Positions 19,601 to 27,981 of a stretch of DNA of 61,561 nt are shown piece by piece. The notes under the pieces are model-generated. The model had not been told where the DNA came from. It was given only the letters and a program-made list of their open reading frames with translations, and did no database searches. Source of the stretch: Cytophagaceae bacterium (GTDB lineage Bacteria > Bacteroidota > Bacteroidia > Cytophagales > Spirosomataceae); NCBI GenBank assembly GCA_947452215.1, contig CANGCD010000001.1, positions 1 through 61,561 of the forward strand. Reading direction: 5' to 3'. Positions within the stretch are counted from its first letter, which is position 1. The number at the start of each line of letters is the position of its first letter. The translations under genes were made by a program, and so were the position numbers.

Positions 19601-21997
19601 GCCGGAAACGGTGAAAGTCTGATTACTTGAGGAAATACCCAAGCATGTCGAAAATGCGCTACCAAATGAGCCCCCTGTAGAAATGGAAGGAGACCCAGGA
19701 GATGAAATCGTTGCTACTACTGCAGTCCGAGTTGATGAAATACAGCCCGTAGTCGTATTTCGTGCTTCAACATAATAGGTGGTCGTAGTACTGATGCTTG
19801 GTGTAGTGTACGATAATCCCGTTGAAAGTGAAGAACCTCCACTAGAAGCAGCGTACCAATCCAAAACCGCACCAGAAGTAGCGGTTGCAGATAAAGCAAC
19901 CGTCCCTGTACCAACATTGGATCCACCGGCAGTCGTAACCACGGAAGGAACTGCATTGACGACAGCTGTTCCGGATGCCACATTTTGCGTGGTGGCGCCG
20001 GTTGATGCAATCGCAATATTACCTCCCGCACCATTCGCAGCCGTAACCGCTAGGCGAACGTAAACGGTGGTTAACGAAACGCTTCCTCCCGACTGAGTTA
20101 ATGTTAAAGAGCTAGAAAAAGAGCCTCCAGATGTTAATGAAAACTCATAACCGGAAAGCGGACCAATCGTGATATCATTTGTTAAGGCAGACCCAGAAAC
20201 CCTAAAAGATTGTTCCGTAGAAATGGACCCAGAACAAGCCGTAAATGTAGATAAGCTTCCAGAAGTGGAAATACTCGGTCCTGCGACAAAATTAACGGTT
20301 GCAGTACTATTAGAACCCGTTGCGGTTGTTCCGTTAATCGAGAAACCGATTGTGGCCGTGGCGGCACTTGCACTACTTGTTAAAATTACAGTATAGGTAC
20401 CATTATTATTATCAACAACCGTTCCGAGCGTTCCTGCAGTTGTTGTAACGATTACTGATCCCCCTGTGGTTGTTAAATTCACACCACTCGCATCTTTTAA
20501 TTGAATTGTGATGGTTGATGTACTCGTTCCATTCGCCGTGATTGTCGTTGGCGAGGCCGAAATTGTCGATTTGGTAGGATCCGCCACCACAGGCACGGCG
20601 CCACATAGGTTAATCGTTGGAGTATTTGTACAATCAAATGCAGTAACTGTACCAGATGATGAAGTACTTTCCCCCATAGAACCATTCGTGCGGTGTCCTA
20701 CATAACAGAACGTTGAGCTTCCTTCTTTAACATATACCAACGTGTGTCCTCCCATTTCTGTGAAAATGGCTTTATCCGTTCCACTTGCAAATCCTTGAGG
20801 AAATCCTGGGTCATAGGTTGTAGTTGCAGAAGCTCTACCAATCATATTCCCATTATTATCTCCCCAAGTATATAAATCGCCTGATGTGGTAATCAATGCA
20901 GCAGAAGCCATTTTTCCTGTATGCTCCTGAACACTAATAAAATTGACGTTGTCAAAATTCGTTGTCACATTTCGTTTAACATTGACCCAAGAACGACGTT
21001 CAGTTGTGGTAAAGTCCCCGCATTGTCGCGTATTATTATCTCCTAATGCATATAAACTACCCGATGTACTTAACAAGTACAAGGTATTTGCAATTTCTGA
21101 ACCGTTAGTTCCCCCTGTAACTCCAAGCATCTTCGGAATATTACTGCTAGTAAACTCGGCAGGCAAAGTCATCAAAGTAGCATAGTTTTTAGCAGTTGGG
21201 GCCGTATTATTTCCTAAATAGGTAGTCGTCCCCCAAGTATACACACTCCCCGTCGATGTCAGGGCCATCATAGCACTCTGAGTTGAGGCAGAAAGTTGAC
21301 CTCGTATCGCAGTAACGTTAGTTAAGTCGACGCCAGCGCTAATTTTTACTTTATGCCAAGTTGTAGCTGCCAGGGATGTTCCATCTCCTTGCATGTTTGC
21401 ATCTGCATTTGATAACACCCAAACGTTCCCATTGGCAACAATGGCTAAGGTTTGGTACATGGCGATCATCATCGTTACTTGAGCTGGCGTAACACCTGTA
21501 GGCAGTTTTGTCGAAGCATCCCCACCAGTAGGCGTGGCTATCAGGCCGATAGCTGTCGTCGATTTCAAGGTTGGGCTCAAAACCCCGGTCGTAGAACTAC
21601 CTACTGCACCCCATGCATGTAAGCCTGTTGTTGTTAAAGCAATGTATTGGTCTTGTCCACCACTTCCTGGCCCACCGACGGATGTAAAAAGAACAGTTCC
21701 AGTTAATCCAGAATAATTTGTTGAGTTAATGATGACAGGTGGTGCAACATCCGCAGTACCATTGGCCGCAATAGCCTGGCCCCACGCGTAATATGAACCA
21801 TTATCTGACAAGGCAATGGATGCGTGGTAACCACTGACAATTTTATCGTACTTCCGGTTGACATCACATTGCGCCAAAATGGGCTGGCTAATCGAACTGA
21901 AAATGAAGGCAAGAATACTTAATGTTTTTAATTGAGATTTGAGTACACGAAATAGTGCCAAACCCCCAGAGGATCTCTGAGAATACTGATCAATCAT
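16631..21997 (-). CDS. Large T9SS type-B (gliding-motility CTD) surface protein: RCC1-like propeller, invasin-type Ig, two Ig tandems, TSP3-like DxDxDG repeats
   Basis: C-terminal PQGISPNGDGKND...IYNRWG...LPDGTYYY. VYTWG/LYALGDN/LYTWGDN RCC1-like repeats, STISASPTTITANG invasin-like domain, many DTDGDG..DxxDxDSDNDG repeats. Confidence 0.88.
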   Translation of the reverse strand: MIDQYSQRSSGGLALFRVLKSQLKTLSILAFIFSSISQPILAQCDVNRKYDKIVSGYHASIALSDNGSYYAWGQAIAANGTADVAPPVIINSTNYSGLTGTVLFTSVGGPGSGGQDQYIALTTTGLHAWGAVGSSTTGVLSPTLKSTTAIGLIATPTGGDASTKLPTGVTPAQVTMMIAMYQTLAIVANGNVWVLSNADANMQGDGTSLAATTWHKVKISAGVDLTNVTAIRGQLSASTQSAMMALTSTGSVYTWGTTTYLGNNTAPTAKNYATLMTLPAEFTSSNIPKMLGVTGGTNGSEIANTLYLLSTSGSLYALGDNNTRQCGDFTTTERRSWVNVKRNVTTNFDNVNFISVQEHTGKMASAALITTSGDLYTWGDNNGNMIGRASATTTYDPGFPQGFASGTDKAIFTEMGGHTLVYVKEGSSTFCYVGHRTNGSMGESTSSSGTVTAFDCTNTPTINLCGAVPVVADPTKSTISASPTTITANGTSTSTITIQLKDASGVNLTTTGGSVIVTTTAGTLGTVVDNNNGTYTVILTSSASAATATIGFSINGTTATGSNSTATVNFVAGPSISTSGSLSTFTACSGSISTEQSFRVSGSALTNDITIGPLSGYEFSLTSGGSFSSSLTLTQSGGSVSLTTVYVRLAVTAANGAGGNIAIASTGATTQNVASGTAVVNAVPSVVTTAGGSNVGTGTVALSATATSGAVLDWYAASSGGSSLSTGLSYTTPSISTTTTYYVEARNTTTGCISSTRTAVVATISSPGSPSISTGGSFGSAFSTCLGISSSNQTFTVSGTLLTANLVITAPSGYEVSLNGTGYLGSVSISPSSGTVSTTTIYVRLTSSASNGASGNIVVSTTGAADVNIPTGTGVVNALPTVTGTSGGSNVGTGTVSLAGTASAGATLDWFAASSGGSSLASGLSFTTPSISSTTTYYVEARNTITGCISSSRTAVVATITSAFVDSDGDGVSDAQELLDGTNPNDGCSYFAANQIIANTSVSWQNADCDGDGNPNRTDSAPLNFCVDGSGIAPVFGTPAYDVFREEDCDGDGISNGLECHNGGNNCEDFDHDGIPDYLDQDSDNDGILDRSEKRVDSDGDGHFDYIDIDSDNDGILDSRETGTDFDRDGQANFLDLDSDGDGILDSFEGLTKYRNPVDGNSNGRVDCTNDANGNGLVDCVESAMGGASVEVPDTDGDGTADFLDLDSDNDGILDRIELGSDLDGDSLPNYRDLDSDGDKLSDQHEGINDLDGDGAPNFLDLDSDGDGILDRIEGPTTCVTCTDRLDNNENGFDDRAEYATTGASVDTDKDGSPDFLDLDSDNDGIPDAVEAGINPINPVDTDKDGIADFRDVDSDNDGIPDSIEAGKDPAVPVDTDKDGTPDFRDLDSDNDGISDAIEAGINPTKPLDTDGDGVYDFRDLDSDNDGISDNIEKGPTATPVDTDKDGLPDYRDIDSDNDGISDNLEKGPTATPVDTDGDGTPDYRDLDSDNDGISDNIEKGPTASPVDTDGDGTADFRDLDSDNDGILDNIEKGPSATPVDTDGDGVYDFRDLDSDNDGISDNIEKGPTASPVDTDGDGIPDYRDLDSDSDTISDNIEKGPTATPVDTDKDGAADFRDLDSDNDGISDKVEAGSDPKNPLDSDKDLTYDFRDFDSDNDGILDKDEENVNISGLTDCDHDGIPNRLDADQCPSFMPQGISPNGDGKNDTFIIPGILNAQPNTVTIYNRWGNIVYQKDNYLNDWHGQTDRAFDLLASDSLLPDGTYYYVVDYKGNKPNVKAFIYVNRLDK

Positions 21998-22179
21998 TGT
22001 TTTATAATTTAGAATACGGAGCTATTTATAATCTAGCCCTCGGGTGTTAATTAATACAAAGATAAATCCTTTGCAAACAGCAAAAGTTAATGAAAATCAG
22101 GAATTCGAAAAATGGGCTGTACCAAAATCGAAAAGTGGTAAAATATGCCAACAATGGGCATTAATGGGAAAAATTTACA

Positions 22180-22204
22180 TGTCCTAAATTTTAAAACTAG
22201 GACA
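22180..22204. promoter_or_regulatory. Dyad TGTCCTA-N11-TAGGACA upstream of the adhesin, candidate operator
   Basis: Inverted repeat in a 290-bp AT-rich intergenic region. Confidence 0.35.
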
Positions 22205-22285
22205 CAAACAGAATAGTAGACACAGAAAGACTGCACATAAAACCGCTAATATTCCATTTATTTGTTTAGTAAACGTTAGCGCTTC

Positions 22286-23107
22286 TTATTCGTCAGTTTT
22301 AATGTTGGGGTTAAAGGGAATGCCCAACTGAAATGCATAGTCCCCTGTTTTTTCATCCGGCAAAACATCTAATCCAAAACGAATTTGTTCGATTGGCGTG
22401 GCATTGAATGTCCCAAAAAGACGATCCCAAATGGAGAAAATATTTCCATAATTAGAATCCGTCTGCGGGCGTTCCACATGGTGGTGAATTTTGTGCATGT
22501 TGGGCGAAACAATAAAGAAAGAAATCGCACGATCTAGACCTTTGGGAAGTCGGATATTCGCATGATTAAACTGAGAAAGCAAAGCGCTGATGCTTTGGTA
22601 AACCATCACCAACCACATCGGGGCTCCGCAGATCAAAACGCCTAACAAGGTAAAAAGGGCTCTGAAAACACTTTCGCCTGGGTGATGGCGGTTGGCAGTT
22701 GTTGTATCCACCATCGTATCCGCGTGATGAACCATGTGAAATTTCCACAACACTTTGATTTTATGCTCGATCCAATGAATAAAGTACGCACTAATAAGAT
22801 CCAAGAGCAATAACCCGACAATGAGTAAAGGCCAACCTGATAGGCCCAACCAAGGTAAAATGCCTACTTGATTTACGATGGTCCAATCGCTCGCATAAAC
22901 GATGACCGTTGCAAAAGCAAAGTTGATGAGGATGGTCGTTAGCGTAAAAAACAGATTAATCCCTGCATGCTTCCATTTGTTATAGCCAAAGCGAACCAAG
23001 GGGATTCCCCCTTCTACAAGCCAAAAAAATGCGATGCCACCGGCTAATATGATTGCTCTGTGAGCACTGGGGATAGCGCTAAAATAGGATATTAAATTTT
23101 CAAGCAT
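22286..23107 (-). CDS. Sterol desaturase / fatty acid hydroxylase superfamily membrane protein
   Basis: HWIEH, HMVHH, HHPGE and HKIHH histidine boxes; DSNYG.IFSIWDRLFGT. Confidence 0.9.
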   Translation of the reverse strand: MLENLISYFSAIPSAHRAIILAGGIAFFWLVEGGIPLVRFGYNKWKHAGINLFFTLTTILINFAFATVIVYASDWTIVNQVGILPWLGLSGWPLLIVGLLLLDLISAYFIHWIEHKIKVLWKFHMVHHADTMVDTTTANRHHPGESVFRALFTLLGVLICGAPMWLVMVYQSISALLSQFNHANIRLPKGLDRAISFFIVSPNMHKIHHHVERPQTDSNYGNIFSIWDRLFGTFNATPIEQIRFGLDVLPDEKTGDYAFQLGIPFNPNIKTDE

Positions 23108-23118
23108 AGGTCTGAGGA

Positions 23119-23184
23119 GTTGACGCTGCCGGGGTTTTCAACCCCGGCAGCGTCTAAGTTAATGGCTATTTATAAAAGTTTCTT
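23119..23184. repeat. REP-like palindrome family A, copy 1 (with 3' extension)
   Basis: GACGCTGCCGGGG-TTTTCAA-CCCCGGCAGCGTC followed by TAAGTTA-N10-ATAAAAGTTTCTT. Confidence 0.85.
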
Positions 23185-23319
23185 AATATTCTAACAAAAT
23201 CTTCGCAAAAACAGCTTGAGGCCATTCATTTATAAGTTAAATGGTAAACTGTCTAATCTAAATCAAAATTGGCCATCATGAAAGATTTGGCTAATTTTGT
23301 AAACCCTAATCATAACTTT

Positions 23320-25383
23320 ATGTTAAAGCAATTGTTTTGCCTTTTACTGGCATTTATCTCCTTTTCTAGTTACTGCCAACAAATCGCGCAAATAAATTCC
23401 CCAACTAAATCCATCCAATTAAATACTTTCAAAACGCCTGAAGGCCATTTGGCTTACCAGGTCGAACTTAAAGGGAAAGAGGTATTAGGTAATTCTACAG
23501 TAGGTTTTGTTTTGAAAAAGCCGGCCTTGGAATTGAAAAAATTTACGGTGATGGGAATCGATTCATCATCGGTATCTTCGACATGGAAGCCAATATGGGG
23601 CGAGGTAAACGAAATCGGCAATCACTATAATGAACTCGTCTTACATACCATGAGTAATGGGGTCTTGGTGGATTTGATTTTTCGCGTTTTTGATGATGGG
23701 GTGGGTTTTCGATATCATTTCCCACCGCAAGTAAACCTTCAACATTTCATCGTTGACCAGGAGTTGACACAATTTAATATGTCGGGCGATCATACGGCAT
23801 TTTGGATTCCAGGGGATTATGACTCGAATGAATATACGTACAACAAAACGAAGCTGAGCGAAATTGATGCGACGGCGGCGGCGGCGAAAGAAAAGGATAT
23901 TGCTGTGACGGCATTGATGGGAAAAAATGTAGTCCAAACGCCATTAATGATGAAGTCGGCGAATGGATTTTACTTGAATATCCACGAGGCAGCTTTGGTC
24001 AATTACCCAGCAATGCATTTGCGATTAGAGCAAACAACACAAACGTTTCAATCTGTCTTGGTCCCTGACGCAGTGGGTAGTAAGGCCTATTTGCAGACAC
24101 CGTATTCTACGCCCTGGCGGACGATGGTAATGAGCGAAAAGGCGGAAAAGATTTTGGAATCCAAGTTGATTTTGAACTTAAATGAGCCTGCGAAATTTGG
24201 GGATTCCACCTGGATAAAGCCTCAAAAATTCATGGGAATGTGGTGGGAGATGCACATTGGAAAGGCAAATTGGCCTTTAGCTGGCGGTAAGCATGGGGCG
24301 AATACTACGAATGTGAAGCGGTACATTGATTTTGCAGCACTGCATGGCTTTGATGGGGTTTTGGTCGAAGGTTGGAATCGAGGCTGGGAGGATTGGTTTG
24401 GGAATTGGAAGGAAGAAGTATTTGATTTCGTGAGTCCATATCCCGATTATGCAATTGATTCATTGACGAAATATGCGCAGGCCAAAGGTTTGCGATTAAT
24501 CATGCACCATGAGACATCTGGATCTGTGACGAACTACGAACGCCGGATGGATGAGGCCTATCAGTACATGGTTTCTAAAGGGATGAATACCGTCAAAACG
24601 GGTTACGTGGGTAAAATCATCCCGCGCGGGGAACATCATGACAGTCAGTGGATGGTGAATCACTACAACCGAGTAGCAGAAAAGGCGGCCAAATATCATT
24701 TGATGGTCGATTCGCATGAATCGGTGCATCCAACCGGCCTGCATCGCACCTATCCTAATTGGATGGCGGCGGAAGCAGCGCGGGGTTCGGAGTTTAACAA
24801 TGCGCCGACCTTAGGTATCGTTCCGGAACATACAACAATACTCCCTTTTACGCGGTTGATAGGTGGCCCAATGGACTATACGCCGGGCTTGTTTCATATG
24901 TCATTAAATCAATTTGACTCGACCAGAACCCAAAAGGTTCGTTCGACTTTAGCGAAACAATTAGCTTTATATGTGACCATTTACAGTCCATTGCAAATGG
25001 CGGCGGATTTACCGGAAAATTACGAAGGCCATATGGATGCGTTTCAATTTATCAAGGATCTGGCGGTGGATTGGGATGACACAAAAGTATTATCGGCCGA
25101 ACCTGGGGAATATATTACCATTGCGCGCAAGGCCAAAAATAAGGATACTTGGTTTATAGGGTCGATAACGGACGAAAATGCGCGAAACGTTTCGATACCA
25201 TTAGAATTCCTGGACGCAGGAACGGCTTATGAGGCCATGCTATATCGTGATGCGGATGATGCTGATTTCGAAAAAAACCCCGAAGCATATGTAGTGGAAA
25301 AGAAATTAGTTTCTAAGAGTTCAAATTTAACCTTTCGCTTGCAACGCGGAGGAGGTTGTGGCGTTGTGTTAAAAAAAATGTAG
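23320..25383 (+). CDS. Glycoside hydrolase family 97 (SusB-like alpha-glucosidase)
   Basis: IHEAAL, TPWRT, LVEGWN.GWEDW, MHHET, GEHH, GPMDYTPG, SPLQMAAD. Confidence 0.93.
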   Translation: MLKQLFCLLLAFISFSSYCQQIAQINSPTKSIQLNTFKTPEGHLAYQVELKGKEVLGNSTVGFVLKKPALELKKFTVMGIDSSSVSSTWKPIWGEVNEIGNHYNELVLHTMSNGVLVDLIFRVFDDGVGFRYHFPPQVNLQHFIVDQELTQFNMSGDHTAFWIPGDYDSNEYTYNKTKLSEIDATAAAAKEKDIAVTALMGKNVVQTPLMMKSANGFYLNIHEAALVNYPAMHLRLEQTTQTFQSVLVPDAVGSKAYLQTPYSTPWRTMVMSEKAEKILESKLILNLNEPAKFGDSTWIKPQKFMGMWWEMHIGKANWPLAGGKHGANTTNVKRYIDFAALHGFDGVLVEGWNRGWEDWFGNWKEEVFDFVSPYPDYAIDSLTKYAQAKGLRLIMHHETSGSVTNYERRMDEAYQYMVSKGMNTVKTGYVGKIIPRGEHHDSQWMVNHYNRVAEKAAKYHLMVDSHESVHPTGLHRTYPNWMAAEAARGSEFNNAPTLGIVPEHTTILPFTRLIGGPMDYTPGLFHMSLNQFDSTRTQKVRSTLAKQLALYVTIYSPLQMAADLPENYEGHMDAFQFIKDLAVDWDDTKVLSAEPGEYITIARKAKNKDTWFIGSITDENARNVSIPLEFLDAGTAYEAMLYRDADDADFEKNPEAYVVEKKLVSKSSNLTFRLQRGGGCGVVLKKM

Positions 25384-25390
25384 GGAGAGG

Positions 25391-25457
25391 GTTGACGCTG
25401 CCGGGGTCTTCAGACCCCGGCAGCGTCTAAGTTACAGCGTTCCCATAAAAGTTTCTT
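25391..25457. repeat. REP-like palindrome family A, copy 2 (with same 3' extension)
   Basis: GACGCTGCCGGGGTCT-TC-AGACCCCGGCAGCGTC followed by TAAGTTA-N10-ATAAAAGTTTCTT. Confidence 0.85.
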
Positions 25458-25462
25458 GATAA

Positions 25463-25948
25463 ATGGATTTTCTACAAACAAATCGGCTTTTATTAACTCC
25501 AATCACAATTGATGATGCCGATTTTATAAATAAACTGATAAACTGCCCAGGCTTCTTAAGATATATTGGCGACCGAAATATACGCACAAGCAAAGAAGCT
25601 GAAATTTACATTTCGAACATGTTGGCAAATCCAGACATTACCTATTGGGTGATTCGAATCTTAGAAAATCTTACCCCAATCGGAGTTGTCACTTGGGTTA
25701 AACGTGATTTTCTTCCTGCGCCAGATTTAGGATATGCCATTTTGCCGGAATTTGAAAGACAAGGTTTTGCAACTGAAGCAAGTCAAACTTGGCTAAACTA
25801 CCACCAAAAAACAAACAAAACGGTGCTAGCCATATGTCAGGCCGACAATTTGGCCTCCATAAAATTACTCCAAAAATTACAGTTCCAGCTGGATCACGTA
25901 TTTGAAAAGGATGGTCATTTGATGCATCAATATCACGTCAATCAATGA
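25463..25948 (+). CDS. GNAT family acetyltransferase (RimJ/RimL-like)
   Basis: LQTNRLLL, DLGYAILPEFERQGFATEA, NLASIKLLQKL. Confidence 0.85.
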   Translation: MDFLQTNRLLLTPITIDDADFINKLINCPGFLRYIGDRNIRTSKEAEIYISNMLANPDITYWVIRILENLTPIGVVTWVKRDFLPAPDLGYAILPEFERQGFATEASQTWLNYHQKTNKTVLAICQADNLASIKLLQKLQFQLDHVFEKDGHLMHQYHVNQ

Positions 25949-26778
25949 CCATGAAATTGCTCCCCTGCACGAATTTCAACGGCCAATTTATTTGCCGCTG
26001 TAGGTAGCGGACATGTGGCAAATGGGGTAAAAGCACAAGGCGGATTATAGGCCTTATTGAAGTCAATTAACACTTTTCCTTGTGCATTTGGCAATTCCGT
26101 ATCAATAAATCGACCCGCACCATAGGTCTGCTTCTTATTAGTCAAATCACCAAAAACAACAAATAAACTATTCCCTTCTTGGCTGGTTTCCAGTCGATAA
26201 GTTTTGTTTCCGATTTTGAATTGCAGGTAGCCTGGCGATTCGAGCTGGTATGCCCGCCCTGTGACATCTATAATCGTCACCATTTTGCCTTTGGTAGGGA
26301 TAAAATCAGCCATAATCCGATACGCGGAATCGGTCGGGAAGCTCTCAATTCCACGAAATGATTTTAAATATTCCCCTTCCAAATCCCGAAGGCGAACTGC
26401 ATATTTCTCTCCTCGTTTTATGATAAACCAACGCAAAGAACGATGCGAAATGACGGGTACTTTTATTCCATCTTGATAAACTAACATGGTGTCAATAACC
26501 GTTTGATAATAGACCTTGCCGTCTTTTAACAAAAGCTCCCCCAAAAACGGATCCGAATGCTCAGCCGGAAAGACAAAATCGTTCTTTTCGTCTCCTCCGA
26601 TTGTATTTTTTCCCTCCTTCATCCAAAAAAGTCCTGCCAAATTTAACCAGCCATTCTCGGATTTAAGACTCGCAATTCGAGCAGATCGAAAGGCCTGAAT
26701 TTCCTGAGAATACTTGTCATCCGCCCGAAAGCTGAACATCGTAAATACAAAAATCGTATATAGTGAAAATCGAATCAT
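25942..26778 (-). CDS. DUF1684 domain-containing exported protein
   Basis: GWLNLAGLFW, F.DLTN..TYGAGRF, IDFNKAYNPPCAFTPFATCP. Start set at MIRFSL. Confidence 0.88.
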   Translation of the reverse strand: MIRFSLYTIFVFTMFSFRADDKYSQEIQAFRSARIASLKSENGWLNLAGLFWMKEGKNTIGGDEKNDFVFPAEHSDPFLGELLLKDGKVYYQTVIDTMLVYQDGIKVPVISHRSLRWFIIKRGEKYAVRLRDLEGEYLKSFRGIESFPTDSAYRIMADFIPTKGKMVTIIDVTGRAYQLESPGYLQFKIGNKTYRLETSQEGNSLFVVFGDLTNKKQTYGAGRFIDTELPNAQGKVLIDFNKAYNPPCAFTPFATCPLPTAANKLAVEIRAGEQFHGH

Positions 26779-26794
26779 AGCAGTTGAAAATTGT

Positions 26795-26828
26795 AACGCT
26801 GCCGGGGTCTGAAGACCCCGGCAGCGTT
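26795..26828. repeat. REP-like palindrome family A, copy 3 (inverted relative to copy 2)
   Basis: AACGCTGCCGGGGTCT-GA-AGACCCCGGCAGCGTT; the loop is the reverse complement of the copy 2 loop. Confidence 0.85.
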
Positions 26829-26915
26829 TACCCGAAACACAAATTCGAAAAAATACCTCGAATTTCACAAACCATTCATCAGATTATCGTTATATTGATA
26901 AATATAAACCCTAAA

Positions 26916-27428
26916 ATGATGAAAAAACTATCCCTAATCCTACTCGTCCTATTGGTAGGCATCCAATTCGTCCACCCAGAAAAAAACGTAAGCAACGACA
27001 ATACCTACGATATCTCAACCCGTTATAGCATTCCCGCTAACGTGCAAGAGACACTCAAAAATGCCTGCAACGATTGCCATTCAAATCAAAGTACGTACCC
27101 TTGGTACTCAAACATCCAACCCGTTGGCTTTTGGCTAAATCATCACATAGAAGAAGGAAAAGAGCATTTAAATTTTTCGACGTTCACTAAAATGCCGATT
27201 GCCGTTCAAAACCACAAGTTGGAAGAAGTCATCGAAACCGTCGAAGAAGGTGAAATGCCGATGCCATCATACACGTATTTTGGCTTACACCCTAAGGCAA
27301 ATCTGAGCGCAGCAGATAAAGATGCACTTATCGGATGGGCAAAAACTCAAATGGAAAACCTAAAAGCCACTTACCCAGCCGACAGCCTCAAATTAAAACC
27401 CCGTAAAAAAGTACAAGAGCACGACTAA
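26916..27428 (+). CDS. Haem-binding domain monoheme c-type cytochrome
   Basis: CNDCH, YPWYS...P, HLNFS, GEMP. N-terminal signal/TM from MMKKLS. Confidence 0.85.
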   Translation: MMKKLSLILLVLLVGIQFVHPEKNVSNDNTYDISTRYSIPANVQETLKNACNDCHSNQSTYPWYSNIQPVGFWLNHHIEEGKEHLNFSTFTKMPIAVQNHKLEEVIETVEEGEMPMPSYTYFGLHPKANLSAADKDALIGWAKTQMENLKATYPADSLKLKPRKKVQEHD

Positions 27429-27980
27429 GGCAACTCCGGCCAACAGCCAAATAATTCCATTAAGACGCTTTTTCTTCAAATAAAGCAACAAAATGATGCC
27501 AGTTAAGGAAATCAAGGACATAAATATGGCCGAAAAATCGATGACCCATTTCCATCCCTGGCCCGTATCCCGACCCTTGTGTAAATCATTGATCCATGCC
27601 ACAAAACCCAAAGACCTTTCCGTTAAATGAAAGGTCCCATTTTGTCGGTCCACAAAAGCATCCGCCGTATACCCAGGCCCCTGAAACGACACGGAAATTT
27701 CGGATTCATCAATCCGAAAATCATTCAAAACCCCATGCACGCGGTAAGCAGAACGAAATAATTCGACGATTTCCAACTTCTTTACACGTGACGTATCAAC
27801 GTCATTCACCCACGCTACAGGTAATTTTCCGTCAGCCTCATGTAAGGTTTCTTTCTCCGGAAACCATTCCAAATGATTCAATGTTAATCCCGTCACAGCA
27901 AAAAATAGCACAATCACGAAACTGAACATCGACAAATAAATATGCAGCCACCGGGACCACTCCGCTAATTTACGCTTCAT
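27393..27980 (-). CDS. PepSY-associated TM-helix membrane protein
   Basis: RWLHIYLSM, FFAVTGLTLNH, NDLHKGRDTG..W.WVID. Confidence 0.88.
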   Translation of the reverse strand: MKRKLAEWSRWLHIYLSMFSFVIVLFFAVTGLTLNHLEWFPEKETLHEADGKLPVAWVNDVDTSRVKKLEIVELFRSAYRVHGVLNDFRIDESEISVSFQGPGYTADAFVDRQNGTFHLTERSLGFVAWINDLHKGRDTGQGWKWVIDFSAIFMSLISLTGIILLLYLKKKRLNGIIWLLAGVALVVLLYFFTGF

Positions 27981-27981
27981 C

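Noticed and set aside
21998-22285. Riboswitch or sRNA in the long intergenic region
   Set aside because: I could not recognise any aptamer consensus. An Rfam/Infernal scan would be needed to decide.
23119-26828. Integron attC sites
   Set aside because: The palindromes are perfect stems without RYYYAAC/GTTRRRY cores or extrahelical bases, the flanked genes vary in orientation, and there is no intI.
26784-26915. N-terminal extensions of the DUF1684 and cytochrome ORFs through the REP
   Set aside because: They translate the palindrome and promoter region. Downstream ATGs give proper signal peptides.
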